Of a stretch of 64,000 nt of DNA, positions 47,359 through 56,976 are shown piece by piece. This DNA is from a virus. Made by a program: the position numbers and the translations under genes. Each line of letters starts with the position of its first letter. Position 1 is the stretch's first letter. The notes under the pieces are model-generated. The model did no database searches, was not told where the DNA came from, and saw only the letters and a program-made list of their open reading frames with translations. The stretch lies in the IMG/VR virus record IMGVR_UViG_3300042698_000029, positions 64,001 to 128,000 of that record; one strand, 5' to 3'.

Positions 47359-47604
47359 TCATGTCCGCTCCTTGTAGAAAGACGGGGGCTTCTTCGCAGC
47401 CGTTTCTGCCGCGCGGATTACCTGGTCCATGCGGTCGCGGCGGGTGGACCAGTAGGGGACTACGTCGTCCGGTTCGAACAGTTCGGCGAAGTATCCGACG
47501 GTCCCTTCCTGGGTGAAGATGCGCGCGATGGCCCCGTTGTCCATGAACTTGGGGATCCGGACGCCGAACGCCGTATCAATGTAAGTCCGCTTGATCTCCG
47601 CCAT
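47359..47604 (-). CDS. Hypothetical protein
   Basis: GAGGAGA RBS. Confidence 0.6.
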   Translation of the reverse strand: MAEIKRTYIDTAFGVRIPKFMDNGAIARIFTQEGTVGYFAELFEPDDVVPYWSTRRDRMDQVIRAAETAAKKPPSFYKERT

Positions 47605-47615
47605 TACGTTCTCCT

Positions 47616-47747
47616 CTACTGCTGCGGCTGCTTCTGGGCAGCCAGCATCGCGGCTGCGGCCTGCACCTGAGCCTGGCGAACCAGGATGTCGGCCGCATTG
47701 GGGTCGCTGACCTGGACGGGGGACGACTGCGGCTGCTGCTCGGACAT
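47616..47747 (-). CDS. 43-aa Q/A-rich microprotein
   Basis: MSEQQPQSSPVQVSDPNAADILVRQAQVQAAAAMLAAQKQPQQ; AAGGAG RBS. Confidence 0.55.
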   Translation of the reverse strand: MSEQQPQSSPVQVSDPNAADILVRQAQVQAAAAMLAAQKQPQQ

Positions 47748-47936
47748 GGGGAACACTCCTTGGGCTCGTATGGGGTGGCTTCCAGCTGATACGAGTCTGG
47801 CCCCTGTCGGGGACAGGGGCCAGATCAGGAGGGTGTGAGGCTAGTCACTCAGTAGCCGGACACGTCGGTCGGAATCCATCAGAGGCCGCCATCCCCCGCG
47901 ACCGGGTCGGGACAGCAGGAAGCGGCTTCCTCTCGG

Positions 47937-48290
47937 TCATGGTTGCTCTTTCCGGATCAGTTCGAGGACCTTCTCCTGCGTCTCCAGGGTCAGCTCGTGG
48001 TTGATCCTCAAGTCGATACCGACTTCCCGCAGACCGGCGATCACGTCACCCCGGCGCTTGTTGACGGCGTACTGTTCCATGGAGAAAACCCGCAGGTTGC
48101 CCTCGTACCGGTACCTGCCCGTCCTCATCGAGAACTCGTCCACGCGGGTGGACCCCACCCACTGAGCGGTGATGTACTCGCGGCCTCGTCTGATGACCGT
48201 CGCCTCCACCGTCTGGGTGTGGGTCTCCACCATGACGGGGTCCCCCACCTTCAGGTGGAAGAGGTCGCCGCGCGCTTCGTGCAGCAGCAT
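47937..48290 (-). CDS. Hypothetical phage beta-barrel protein
   Basis: LKVGDPV...ATVIRRGREYI. Confidence 0.6.
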   Translation of the reverse strand: MLLHEARGDLFHLKVGDPVMVETHTQTVEATVIRRGREYITAQWVGSTRVDEFSMRTGRYRYEGNLRVFSMEQYAVNKRRGDVIAGLREVGIDLRINHELTLETQEKVLELIRKEQP

Positions 48291-48292
48291 GG

Positions 48293-48760
48293 TCAGCTCT
48301 TCTCCGTCAGAGTCCAGTACATGGTCCCGCCGTCGCCGGAGACCATCTGGAAGTCGGGCAGGCTCAGGGCGGCGTCCACGGCGGGGAAGAGGTGTTCCTC
48401 GTCAGCGTAGGCCCGGAGCATCTGAAAGGACATCCTCTTCTTGCCCTCCAGGTCTTCCGCGAGCTCGTCGTCCATGATCAGGCCGATCAGGTAGGCCCGG
48501 ACCCTCTGGATCTCGTTCCAGTTGGTGGCTTGGACCTCGTTCCAGAGGGCTGCCGTGTTCTGTCCGGGGCTGGCGAGGGCTCCCCAGAAGTCCTCGGCCG
48601 GGGTCGGCTTGCGCAGCCGGGGGGTGACGGGAGTGGCGAACCAGGGAACGCCGTCCTCGAAGTAGGCGACCGGGTAGACGACGCTGTCCCAGTCCTCCAG
48701 GGTGGTGAGGTTCTTCTTGGTGACGAACATCCAGCCGGAGCCAGGCATGGGGTGGGACAT
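48293..48760 (-). CDS. Hypothetical protein
   Basis: GAGGAGA RBS. Confidence 0.65.
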   Translation of the reverse strand: MSHPMPGSGWMFVTKKNLTTLEDWDSVVYPVAYFEDGVPWFATPVTPRLRKPTPAEDFWGALASPGQNTAALWNEVQATNWNEIQRVRAYLIGLIMDDELAEDLEGKKRMSFQMLRAYADEEHLFPAVDAALSLPDFQMVSGDGGTMYWTLTEKS

Positions 48761-48762
48761 GG

Positions 48763-48990
48763 TCAGTTCTCCTCGAAATCGGTCTGTACGAAGGCGGTCT
48801 GAGCGGCGAGGTTCAGGGGCAGCTCCTTGGGCATCTCCCAGTCGGCCACCGGCTCGCCCTCTTCGGCGAGGCCCGGGTAAACGAGGACCTCGACGTACAT
48901 GTAGCCCTTCTTGGTGCCCGGCTTGAAGACCTTCCTCCGGGTCCTTGCCACCACCATGTGGCCCTTGATGACTTCCTTGTGAACGGCCAT
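48763..48990 (-). CDS. Hypothetical protein
   Basis: Coding-like ORF. Confidence 0.6.
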   Translation of the reverse strand: MAVHKEVIKGHMVVARTRRKVFKPGTKKGYMYVEVLVYPGLAEEGEPVADWEMPKELPLNLAAQTAFVQTDFEEN

Positions 48991-49089
48991 CTTTCCCCCA
49001 TCATCTTGCTTCGTTCTGATAAGAACCGTACCCCCTGACCTCGGCGGGAGGCAGGGGGTACGTAGGTGAGGTCCGTCACTTCAGGTTCG

Positions 49090-49515
49090 TCAGGTTGCGT
49101 CCCACACAGCCTGACCTCGGGTGCGGTACGGCTCGATGTCGAGCGCGCGGTCGAACTCAGCCTTGCGGCCTCGGGTGTTCACGGTCTTGACCGCCTTGAG
49201 AGCCGCGTCGCGTTCCCGGGCACGCGCGGCACCCTGGAATTCCTTGGCTGTAGCCCGGATGCCCTTGATGGACCGCGCGAGGCCCCGACCGTAGGTGTAG
49301 GTCATCTTCTCGCGGATCACGCGTTCTGCGCGCGGGCGCCTTCCCTCAGTCTCAGCCCGGCGCAGTTCACCGTTCTCGTAGCGCAGGCCGTACAGGGTGT
49401 GCCATTCCACGGCTCCACGCTTGCGGCGCCAGGGACGCTGGTGGCTATCGGCGCTGATGTAGTGGACGTAGCCGTCGGTCTTCTTGTAGGGCCGGTGGCC
49501 CAGGGAGCGGGACAT
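49090..49515 (-). CDS. Basic hypothetical protein
   Basis: MSRSLGHRPYK...AVWD; GGAGG RBS. Confidence 0.6.
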   Translation of the reverse strand: MSRSLGHRPYKKTDGYVHYISADSHQRPWRRKRGAVEWHTLYGLRYENGELRRAETEGRRPRAERVIREKMTYTYGRGLARSIKGIRATAKEFQGAARARERDAALKAVKTVNTRGRKAEFDRALDIEPYRTRGQAVWDAT

Positions 49516-49606
49516 GGTGTCCTCCGTAGGTAGGTACCTACGGCTCTCCACTGGTGTGCATGGCCTTCACCTCCTTCCCTCGCGAGCCAGATGGGAGACT
49601 ACCGGG

Positions 49607-49915
49607 TTACTTCTCGTCGCTCCACGGACCGGCCATGGGGATCTCCGGGTGCGGGGAGAAAGGCTCGTCGCGCAGCTGGAACCACGCCTGGAGGGTGGTG
49701 CCGTTGCTGCGCCGGGTACGGATGGTGAACTCGTCCACGCTCACAGTCCCGTCGGCCTTTTCCCACATGATCTGGGCCTCGATGGAGTTCTTCTCCATGA
49801 CCTCACCGGGAGAGCCTCCGGTACCGTCCCCCTTCCAGTTCTCCACGGTGTAGACCGTCACCTTGGTACCGGATTCGATGCGGCGCTTAGGCTTGTTCTT
49901 TCCGAAAAGCTTCAC
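49607..49915 (-). CDS. Hypothetical protein
   Basis: AGGAG RBS. Confidence 0.55.
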   Translation of the reverse strand: MKLFGKNKPKRRIESGTKVTVYTVENWKGDGTGGSPGEVMEKNSIEAQIMWEKADGTVSVDEFTIRTRRSNGTTLQAWFQLRDEPFSPHPEIPMAGPWSDEK

Positions 49916-50007
49916 AACAACTCCTGTTAGAAGAAGGGTAGTTGGACAAGAAAAAGGCTACCTCCGCCCCACTAGCGGAGGTAGCCCAAACGACCGTGAC
50001 GCTCGTC

Positions 50008-50223
50008 TCAGCCGGTGGAGACGCGGATGTCGCAGACGTGTATCTCCCCCTCCTCGACCTGGAACCAGATCTGCACCGGTCCTGCCTGGTCGCGCAGGTA
50101 CCCGACCCGGTGGGGTTCGGGGAGCTGGACTGCCCTCTCCCACGCGCGCACCTCTTCTTCATGGGCCGGTATGAGTCTTTCCCGGTCGGCTTCCGCCGCC
50201 GGGTGGTAGACGATCTTGAGCAT
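50008..50223 (-). CDS. Small RelE/ParE-like protein
   Basis: MLKIVYHPAAEADRERL...IWFQV....IHVCDI. Confidence 0.5.
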   Translation of the reverse strand: MLKIVYHPAAEADRERLIPAHEEEVRAWERAVQLPEPHRVGYLRDQAGPVQIWFQVEEGEIHVCDIRVSTG

Positions 50224-50241
50224 AGTGATCTCCTTGTTGTT

Positions 50242-50751
50242 TCAGGCTTCTTCCAGAGGCCTGGCTTCTCTTCCGTGGCGGAACCCGGCCCGGCTGGCGA
50301 TGCCGCTGAACTCGAACCGCTTGCCAAGGCATCCGGTGTCCAGGACCCCGAGGACCATGGTGGCGGGCACCTGGTCGCCCTCGGAGGTGACGATCTGCAA
50401 CCAGTCTTTTTCCTCCCCCGACTGGTACTTCACGACCGTTCCCTCCGTCTTCCAGGGGCCGGGCTGGGCGGGGTGTTCGTTGCGTACTCGATACAGACGC
50501 GTGACCTTGGTCACTCGATTGGCAAAGAACACGCCGTTCTTGGTCTTGCCAGAGATCGTCACCTGCGTCCCTTCGGACACATGCTCCAGCCCAGTGCACC
50601 GGGGTCCGATGCCCTCCGGATGGAAGCCGATGACCTTGATGCTGCCCTTGTTCACCCCCTTGTTCAAGGTGAACCAGGCAAATCTCCGCCCCGAGGTTGC
50701 GGTCTTCTCCCCGTGCTGGAGGATCACACCGGTGAGCTCTTCCTTCTGCAC
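50242..50751 (-). CDS. Tandem OB-fold protein (DnaE C-terminal OB-like)
   Basis: LTGVI......T.SGRRFAWFTL.....GSIKVIGF.......EG.QVTISGK. Confidence 0.55.
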   Translation of the reverse strand: MQKEELTGVILQHGEKTATSGRRFAWFTLNKGVNKGSIKVIGFHPEGIGPRCTGLEHVSEGTQVTISGKTKNGVFFANRVTKVTRLYRVRNEHPAQPGPWKTEGTVVKYQSGEEKDWLQIVTSEGDQVPATMVLGVLDTGCLGKRFEFSGIASRAGFRHGREARPLEEA

Positions 50752-50800
50752 AGTCCTATCCTAATCCTTGACGTGTATCGGATAAGGGAGATTGAATGAG

Positions 50801-50835
50801 ACGAAGCCCCCGGTGCTCAGGTCCGGGGGCTTCGT
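50801..50835. terminator. 13-bp inverted repeat, probable terminator
   Basis: ACGAAGCCCCCGG / CCGGGGGCTTCGT. Confidence 0.65.
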
Positions 50836-50850
50836 AGGTGTCAGGCCTTT

Positions 50851-51195
50851 TCAATCATCCGTCTTCTCTCCCTCCTCTTGCGGACCGGCACGGCGGCCGA
50901 GCTCCTTCAGAAAGATCAGCAACCCCTCCAGACGTTCGGCCTGTTCCACGGTGAGACCCTTGTCGAAGGCCGCCTCGAAGTAGGCCAGACGCCCGGCCGT
51001 CTCTAGTACACGCCGCAGGGCGCGCACTGCGGGGTCCGTGCCGGTGCGGAGCATCACCATGGCTGTCCTCGTCGGATCCTCCGTGACCTTGTTCAGGTCC
51101 ATGGGGAACTCTTCCAGCGCCGTCAGCGCGTCCGGCTTGATTCCACCGTGACCCGTGCCGCTCTTGCGGGGCTTGCTGACCTTCTCACGCCCCAT
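50851..51195 (-). CDS. Hypothetical protein
   Basis: TGATG coupling with upstream gene. Confidence 0.55.
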   Translation of the reverse strand: MGREKVSKPRKSGTGHGGIKPDALTALEEFPMDLNKVTEDPTRTAMVMLRTGTDPAVRALRRVLETAGRLAYFEAAFDKGLTVEQAERLEGLLIFLKELGRRAGPQEEGEKTDD

Positions 51196-51494
51196 CACAG
51201 CCCCCTGGTGACGCGTCCCCACGCCTCATCGCCGTGGACCTTGCGGCCGATGTAGTCGGCGTACGCGACGGCCATGTCCTCTGCGTCCTCCTTCGCGCCC
51301 TCGACGTCCGCACACATTGCGCCGCACGTCGGAATGTCGGGGGCCGCGCCGAAGAGCTCCGACCGGAAGTAGTATCCCGATTCTGCGTCAGGGCCCTTTC
51401 CCCGGGAACTCTCCCAGTTGATCGCGCCGACAGGGATCTTCCCCAGGAACGCGTACTCGGTTCCGAACTTGCTCCGCTGCCAGGTAAGCGCCAT
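51195..51494 (-). CDS. Hypothetical protein
   Basis: GGAGAGGGG RBS. Confidence 0.6.
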   Translation of the reverse strand: MALTWQRSKFGTEYAFLGKIPVGAINWESSRGKGPDAESGYYFRSELFGAAPDIPTCGAMCADVEGAKEDAEDMAVAYADYIGRKVHGDEAWGRVTRGL

Positions 51495-51591
51495 GGCTTG
51501 TCCCCTCTCCTCCTGTTGATAAGAGAAGTATGGCACCGGGCCGGGGGTGTCGGTGCAGTTCGTGACCGGGCTCACAGACCACCATGACGGC

Positions 51592-52452
51592 ATGAGAGAG
51601 ATCGTCATCGTTCCTGCCTGGCGGCGCCCGGACTTCCTCACTGCGTGCCTGTCGCGGCTCGATCTGTCGGACGACGGGGAGAGACGGTATTTGATCTCCC
51701 TGGACCGCGACCACACGGCTCCCGTGAGAGAGGCGGCCGACAGCTTCCTGGGCATCCTCGGCACCGCGCGGGTGAGGATCGTCTCGCGGGAGCACAACTA
51801 CGACGAGAGCAACAGCTACAACACTCTCAAGGCGTATGAGGACGCGGTGGAGTGGGGGGCTGATCTGGTCTACCTGGTGGAGGACGACGTCTTCACCGGC
51901 CTGGACTTCTTCACGGCCCACCAGCAGGCCCACGATCTGCTGCCCGACGTCTTTGCGGTGGGCGGCTGCAACTTCTTCCCCGGCGGGGACCCGGCGGCAC
52001 TCAGCTTGCGCTACCCGTACCACTCTCTGGGGATCTCTTTCCGGCCAGATGTCCTGAAAAACTACGTTCTGCCCCACGCCACCGTTGCCTACTTCACGAA
52101 CCGGTCCAGGTACTGCGAAGAACGCTTCGGCAGCAAGGGCCACTGGGACCAGGACGGGCTGATCGAAGCGGTCCGGCGGACCACCGGCCTGCCCTTCGCC
52201 GTGATGGATGCCCCGCGCGCCTACCACGCCGGGTATACGGGGTACAGCCGGGTCGGTACTCACTTCCTCAAGCCCGAGGAGACCTGCCGCCACCACATCG
52301 TGGAGGCCGCCGCCAAACTCCTCCGCATGACCTCCGACGAGCTCAATGAGCGAGCGCTGTTCGACAAGGATCATCAAACGGTTGAGTTGAACGCGCCGCG
52401 ACCCCCTATCACCATGGTCCAGGACGGCCCTGTCGTTACACTCCGCCAGTGA
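51592..52452 (+). CDS. GT-A fold glycosyltransferase, GT13/GnT-I-like (paralog 1)
   Basis: VPAWRRPDFL, LVEDDVF, SLGISFR, QDG, PRAYHAG. Confidence 0.75.
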   Translation: MREIVIVPAWRRPDFLTACLSRLDLSDDGERRYLISLDRDHTAPVREAADSFLGILGTARVRIVSREHNYDESNSYNTLKAYEDAVEWGADLVYLVEDDVFTGLDFFTAHQQAHDLLPDVFAVGGCNFFPGGDPAALSLRYPYHSLGISFRPDVLKNYVLPHATVAYFTNRSRYCEERFGSKGHWDQDGLIEAVRRTTGLPFAVMDAPRAYHAGYTGYSRVGTHFLKPEETCRHHIVEAAAKLLRMTSDELNERALFDKDHQTVELNAPRPPITMVQDGPVVTLRQ

Positions 52453-53378
52453 GCATCATCACCCTGGTCAGCAAGGACAACGGGGTCGGTCTCAGCGCGG
52501 ACATGGTCCTCCTGGAGAAGTTCTTCGCAGGAGAAGGCCACACTGTACGCCGGGCCGACTGGGAAGCCCCGTTCATCGAACCGTGCGATCTGATCGTCTT
52601 CCTGGAACTGTTCGGATCCCAGCTCCTGCCCTATGCCCGCCGGTCTGTCTTCGTGCCCAACCTGGAGTGGATGATTCCCACCTGGATCCCCGAACTACGG
52701 GGCGTCACCCAGATGTGGGCCAAGTCGATCGCCGCGTACAAGGTCTTGCGGGGCCTGCGCATGCCTGCCGAATACACCGGCTTCCTCACGCGCGACCGGT
52801 ACGACCGAACGGTAGAACGGACCAACACCTGCCTACACCTCAAAGGCAGGTCCAGCGCCAAGAACACCGACGCCGTGATCGAGGCCTGGCAGCGGTTCGG
52901 GACCTACTTGCCCCCTCTGACGATCATCGCCAACGACCCCATCAATCACAGCCTGCCGGACAACGTCACCGTCCTCGGCCGACTCAGCGACGCCGAGGTC
53001 AGCCACCACCTGAACACCCACCGCATCCACGTCTGCCCTTCCAGGGTCGAAGGATGGGGGCACTACATCACGGAGGCCCTGACCTGCCGGGGCATCGTGG
53101 TCACCACCAGTGAATCGCCCATGGTCGAACATGTCACCCCGCAGTGGGGCTTCATCGTGGAGCCTTACGGCGTACAGCTCCTGCCGGGCACGTTCGTCAA
53201 CGAAGTGGGCATCAGCGCGGAGAAGCTCGCCGCCTGTGTCATGGAGGCCGCGATCCTGTCCCCGGAACGGACGACGGAGATGGGCCGCATGGCCCGCTCC
53301 CACGCCCTGCGCCGCAACGGTGAGTTCTCCGCCACGGTCCGCACCCTGCTGGGCGACCTGCTGAAGGAGGACACGTGA
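52449..53378 (+). CDS. GT4-like (GT-B) glycosyltransferase
   Basis: KNTDAVI.AW, HVCPSRVEGWGHYITEAL. Confidence 0.85.
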   Translation: MSIITLVSKDNGVGLSADMVLLEKFFAGEGHTVRRADWEAPFIEPCDLIVFLELFGSQLLPYARRSVFVPNLEWMIPTWIPELRGVTQMWAKSIAAYKVLRGLRMPAEYTGFLTRDRYDRTVERTNTCLHLKGRSSAKNTDAVIEAWQRFGTYLPPLTIIANDPINHSLPDNVTVLGRLSDAEVSHHLNTHRIHVCPSRVEGWGHYITEALTCRGIVVTTSESPMVEHVTPQWGFIVEPYGVQLLPGTFVNEVGISAEKLAACVMEAAILSPERTTEMGRMARSHALRRNGEFSATVRTLLGDLLKEDT

Positions 53379-54289
53379 AGCACCTGGTCAACGTCATCGC
53401 CTGGCGCAGGCCGGACTTCTTCGCCGCCACCCTCGAACGTCTGCGCATGGCCGACCGGCCGGACGTGCGCTACCGGATCTGCATCGACCACGAACCCGAT
53501 TACTACGTTCCGCCCCTGGCCCAGACCTTCCGCTTCGACCTCGGAACGGACCGCGTCGACCTCATCTACCGAGGCTGGTGCAAGAACCAGGGCCCGACTC
53601 GGAACATCGTGGCCGCCCTGCACGAGAGTCTCCTGCGCGAGCCGGACGACGACACCCTGATCCACTGGATCGAAGACGACATCTTCGTCCACCGGGAGTA
53701 CTTCCTGTTCCACGAAAGCGCTCACGAACTCGTGCCGGACGCCTTCTCCGTAACGGCTTGCAACCCCAATGGCTTCCCCCGTACCCACCCGGACCTGTTC
53801 CACAAGGTCTCATGGTGGCCTGGCAGTCCCACCGTCGGGGTGAGCTTCCGCCCGGACACGGTGCGCCTGATCACGAGCCTGCTTCCGGTGTCCTACATGG
53901 ACGACCCGGTCGGCCACCTCCGCCGGACCTTCCCCCACCATGGATGCCCGCCGGACCAGTGGTCAGGAATCGACGGAGCCCTCGGCAGGGTTATGGCCAC
54001 CACCGACCGACGGCCGATCTACCCCTTCGTGGGCCGGGCCTATCACGCGGGCTTCGTCGGGGCACCGTGCGAGAACGAGGCCTGCAACAACGAGAACACC
54101 CGGGACGGCATCAACAACGGGCCGCACCGCCACGGAACCCCGGTACCCGGGCAGACCCTCCAGGAGCGGCGCGACTACCTGCTGTCCCTGGACGCCGACG
54201 GGCTCAACAGCCACGCCACCACCATCGGGGACCACGTCTGGTACGACCTCGACATTTCCTACGGTCCTGCTCTGGAGCTGACGACGTGA
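53375..54289 (+). CDS. GT13/GnT-I-like glycosyltransferase (paralog 2)
   Basis: IAWRRPDFF, WIEDDIF, VGVSFR, GRAYHAG. Confidence 0.75.
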   Translation: MKHLVNVIAWRRPDFFAATLERLRMADRPDVRYRICIDHEPDYYVPPLAQTFRFDLGTDRVDLIYRGWCKNQGPTRNIVAALHESLLREPDDDTLIHWIEDDIFVHREYFLFHESAHELVPDAFSVTACNPNGFPRTHPDLFHKVSWWPGSPTVGVSFRPDTVRLITSLLPVSYMDDPVGHLRRTFPHHGCPPDQWSGIDGALGRVMATTDRRPIYPFVGRAYHAGFVGAPCENEACNNENTRDGINNGPHRHGTPVPGQTLQERRDYLLSLDADGLNSHATTIGDHVWYDLDISYGPALELTT

Positions 54290-54843
54290 CAACCATGCAT
54301 CAACTGATTTCCGACTCCCTGGCAGAGCTGCGCCGCCGCACCGGCTGGGGCCCCCTCCACATTCTGGAGACCGGCACCATCCGTAACTCTGACGAGGAAT
54401 ACCGCACCGGCGACGGATGGTCCACGCTGGCTTTTGCCGAGGACATCGCCGTCCACGGAGGGACACTGACCTCCGTGGACCTTGACACCACCCACGCGGA
54501 GAAAGTTCTCGAAGACCAGGGCCAGATGGAGCAGGTCAACCTGCTCACCGGCTACAGCATCGACGTGCTGGGGCGGATGCTGGCCAAGAAGCAGCGCTAT
54601 GACGTGATCTTCCTCGACTCGGACAACGACTCCCAGCTGATCCTGCACGAACTGATGCTGGCCCGCCTCATGGCCCGGAGGGGAGCGCTCCTCATGCTGG
54701 ACGACATCGACCTGGAAGGCCGGTCCGACGCCGTGAAGGGCCTCAGGGCCATCCCGTACCTGGAGGCGGCCGGGATCGAGTACAAGATCCTGACCCGCGA
54801 CGGGGGCACCCACCGCACCGGCTTCTGCGTGGCGTGGCTGTGA
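54286..54843 (+). CDS. Class I SAM-dependent methyltransferase (Methyltransf_24-like)
   Basis: ILETGT, GWST, LTSVD, DVIFLDS, LLMLDD; GTGA coupling. Confidence 0.85.
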   Translation: MTTMHQLISDSLAELRRRTGWGPLHILETGTIRNSDEEYRTGDGWSTLAFAEDIAVHGGTLTSVDLDTTHAEKVLEDQGQMEQVNLLTGYSIDVLGRMLAKKQRYDVIFLDSDNDSQLILHELMLARLMARRGALLMLDDIDLEGRSDAVKGLRAIPYLEAAGIEYKILTRDGGTHRTGFCVAWL

Positions 54844-55697
54844 TCAACTCCATGGTTGTCGTTCCGGCCTGGCGCAAGCCGGACTTCCTGGCGGCCACCC
54901 TGCACCGGCTCGCCTTGGCCGAGGACTCCTGCGAGGAGAAGGTCGGCTACATCGTCTGCGTGGACCGCCACCCGCACCCCGACGTCCTGGAGGTGGCCTG
55001 GCAGTTCCGGGATGACCGCAGACCGGGCCTGGTCGTCGTCAAGAAGCGGATCCACGAATACCACGGCAACAGCTTCAACGTCCTGACCGGGCTGATCGAC
55101 GCTCTCAAGATGCCCGGCGCCGATCTGATCCACCTGGTCGAGGACGATGTTTTCGCTGGCGTGGACTATTTCACCTACCACCGCGCGGCGCACGAGCTGA
55201 TGCCGGAGGCGTTCGCGGTTTCCGCGTGCCGTAACCAGAACGACCCGGAGCGGCACTCCGACAAGCCGTACATTCTGCGCGCCCACGCCAGCTATCAGTC
55301 CCTTGGTGTGTCTTTCCAGCGCAAGATCCTCTACAGGCTCGCCTCGTATGCGCAGGAAGGGTATTTCCGCGATCCGGTGGGCTTCTGCCAGGCAGTGTTC
55401 CCCGACTCGCGGATCCCCGCCCCGCACGCGGAACAGGACGGACTGTTGAACCGGATTCGGGAGTCCCACGGGCTGAAGACGGTCTACCCGGACGTGCCGC
55501 GCGCCTATCATGCGGGGTTCGTCGGGTACCACCGTGCAGGAGATCCGCTGACGGAGGGAACTGCGGCGGAGCGCGGTCTCCAGTTGCTGGCCATGGATGC
55601 CGAGGAGCTGAACCGGCGCGCGGAGGGTCCGTGGAAGGACCACGAGACCATCGACCTGGACGAGGTCCGCAAGGGACCGGAGAGAGTGATTTTGTGA
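54834..55697 (+). CDS. GT13/GnT-I-like glycosyltransferase (paralog 3)
   Basis: VPAWRKPDFL, LVEDDVF, SLGVSF, EQDG, PRAYHAG. Confidence 0.75.
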   Translation: MAVINSMVVVPAWRKPDFLAATLHRLALAEDSCEEKVGYIVCVDRHPHPDVLEVAWQFRDDRRPGLVVVKKRIHEYHGNSFNVLTGLIDALKMPGADLIHLVEDDVFAGVDYFTYHRAAHELMPEAFAVSACRNQNDPERHSDKPYILRAHASYQSLGVSFQRKILYRLASYAQEGYFRDPVGFCQAVFPDSRIPAPHAEQDGLLNRIRESHGLKTVYPDVPRAYHAGFVGYHRAGDPLTEGTAAERGLQLLAMDAEELNRRAEGPWKDHETIDLDEVRKGPERVIL

Positions 55698-56419
55698 GCA
55701 CCGAACTCGCCGTCATCGTGCCCAGCCGCAACAGGCCGCAGGCGGTGCAGCAGCTTGCCGACGCGTTCGCCCTGAGCTGCTCTTCGTGGACCAGCCTGAT
55801 CCTCGTGGTGGACGAGGACGACAAGGACCTGGAGGAGTACCGCGAGGCCGTGGCAGCCGCTTACCCGACGTACGCCGCGATCCAGCTGCTCGTACAGGCC
55901 GAAGGCGGAAACATGATCACCGGCTGCAACGTCGGTGCCGCGCGTGCGCTGGAGATCACCTCTGGGGCGATCGGGTTCATGGGCGACGACCACCGGCCCC
56001 GGACCAGGGGCTGGGACCGTGCCTACATCGACACCCTCAAGGCCAAGCCGGGCATCGTCTACGGCAACGACCTGCTTCAGGGCGAGTACCTGCCCACTCA
56101 GTTCGCCGTGTCCGCAAAGATCGTGGAGAACCTCGGCTTCCTCGCCCCGCCCACTCTGGTCCACCTGTACATGGACGACTACTGGCTCCGCATGGGCCGT
56201 CTGTGTGAATGCGTCACCTACCTGCGGGACGTGGTGGTCGAGCACATGCACCCGGCGGCGGGGAAGGCGGGCTCCGACGCGGGCTACGAACGGGTCAATG
56301 CAGTAGAGATCAACCACCGGGACCGCGTCGCACTGAACGCCCACATGGACGCCTTCGTGGGTCGCGACATGGAGGCCATTCTGGGGGCCTGTGCGGCTCT
56401 CTCCGGGCCTAACTCATGA
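55694..56419 (+). CDS. GT2-family glycosyltransferase
   Basis: VIVPSRNRP, VVDEDD, GFMGDDH, HLYMDD, VVEHMHP. Confidence 0.85.
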   Translation: MSTELAVIVPSRNRPQAVQQLADAFALSCSSWTSLILVVDEDDKDLEEYREAVAAAYPTYAAIQLLVQAEGGNMITGCNVGAARALEITSGAIGFMGDDHRPRTRGWDRAYIDTLKAKPGIVYGNDLLQGEYLPTQFAVSAKIVENLGFLAPPTLVHLYMDDYWLRMGRLCECVTYLRDVVVEHMHPAAGKAGSDAGYERVNAVEINHRDRVALNAHMDAFVGRDMEAILGACAALSGPNS

Positions 56420-56976
56420 AGCGGGTCCGCCTCCGCCCAGTCCATAGTGAAAACGCCCTGAAGGCCATCTACGCCCGTCCGCACGATCACCGGCCGTGGC
56501 GGGACCACCACCTACGGGTAAGCGTCACCACCGAGATCGCCCACTGGATGGCGGGCGGCCCGGTCTACTCGGCGGCCGACCTCTCCTGCGGCAACGGAGC
56601 CATCGTGGACGCCCTGGACGTCAGCGGCCCCACGTACAAGGGCGACTTCGCTCCGGGCCACCCGCTGACGGGGCATCTGGAGGAAACCCTGCCGCAGATC
56701 CCCCGGGTCAACCTGTTCGTCCTCTCGGAGACGCTGGAGCACCTCGACAACCCAGACCGAGTCCTGGAAATGATCCGGGAGAAGGCCGACACCCTGGTCC
56801 TGTCCACGCCAGTGGACTGCTGGGACGACAGCAACGAAGAGCACTACTGGGCCTGGTCGAGGGAAGCCGTGGAGGAGATGCTGCTGAACGCGGGCTGGGG
56901 GCCGGACGTGTATACCGCGCTGGACATGCGGCCCAAGTTCGGTCCGTACTGCTTCGGGATCTGGGGGTGCCGCTGA
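56416..56976 (+). CDS. Class I SAM-dependent methyltransferase
   Basis: ADLSCGNG, SETLEHLDNP, LVLSTP. Confidence 0.85.
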   Translation: MKRVRLRPVHSENALKAIYARPHDHRPWRDHHLRVSVTTEIAHWMAGGPVYSAADLSCGNGAIVDALDVSGPTYKGDFAPGHPLTGHLEETLPQIPRVNLFVLSETLEHLDNPDRVLEMIREKADTLVLSTPVDCWDDSNEEHYWAWSREAVEEMLLNAGWGPDVYTALDMRPKFGPYCFGIWGCR

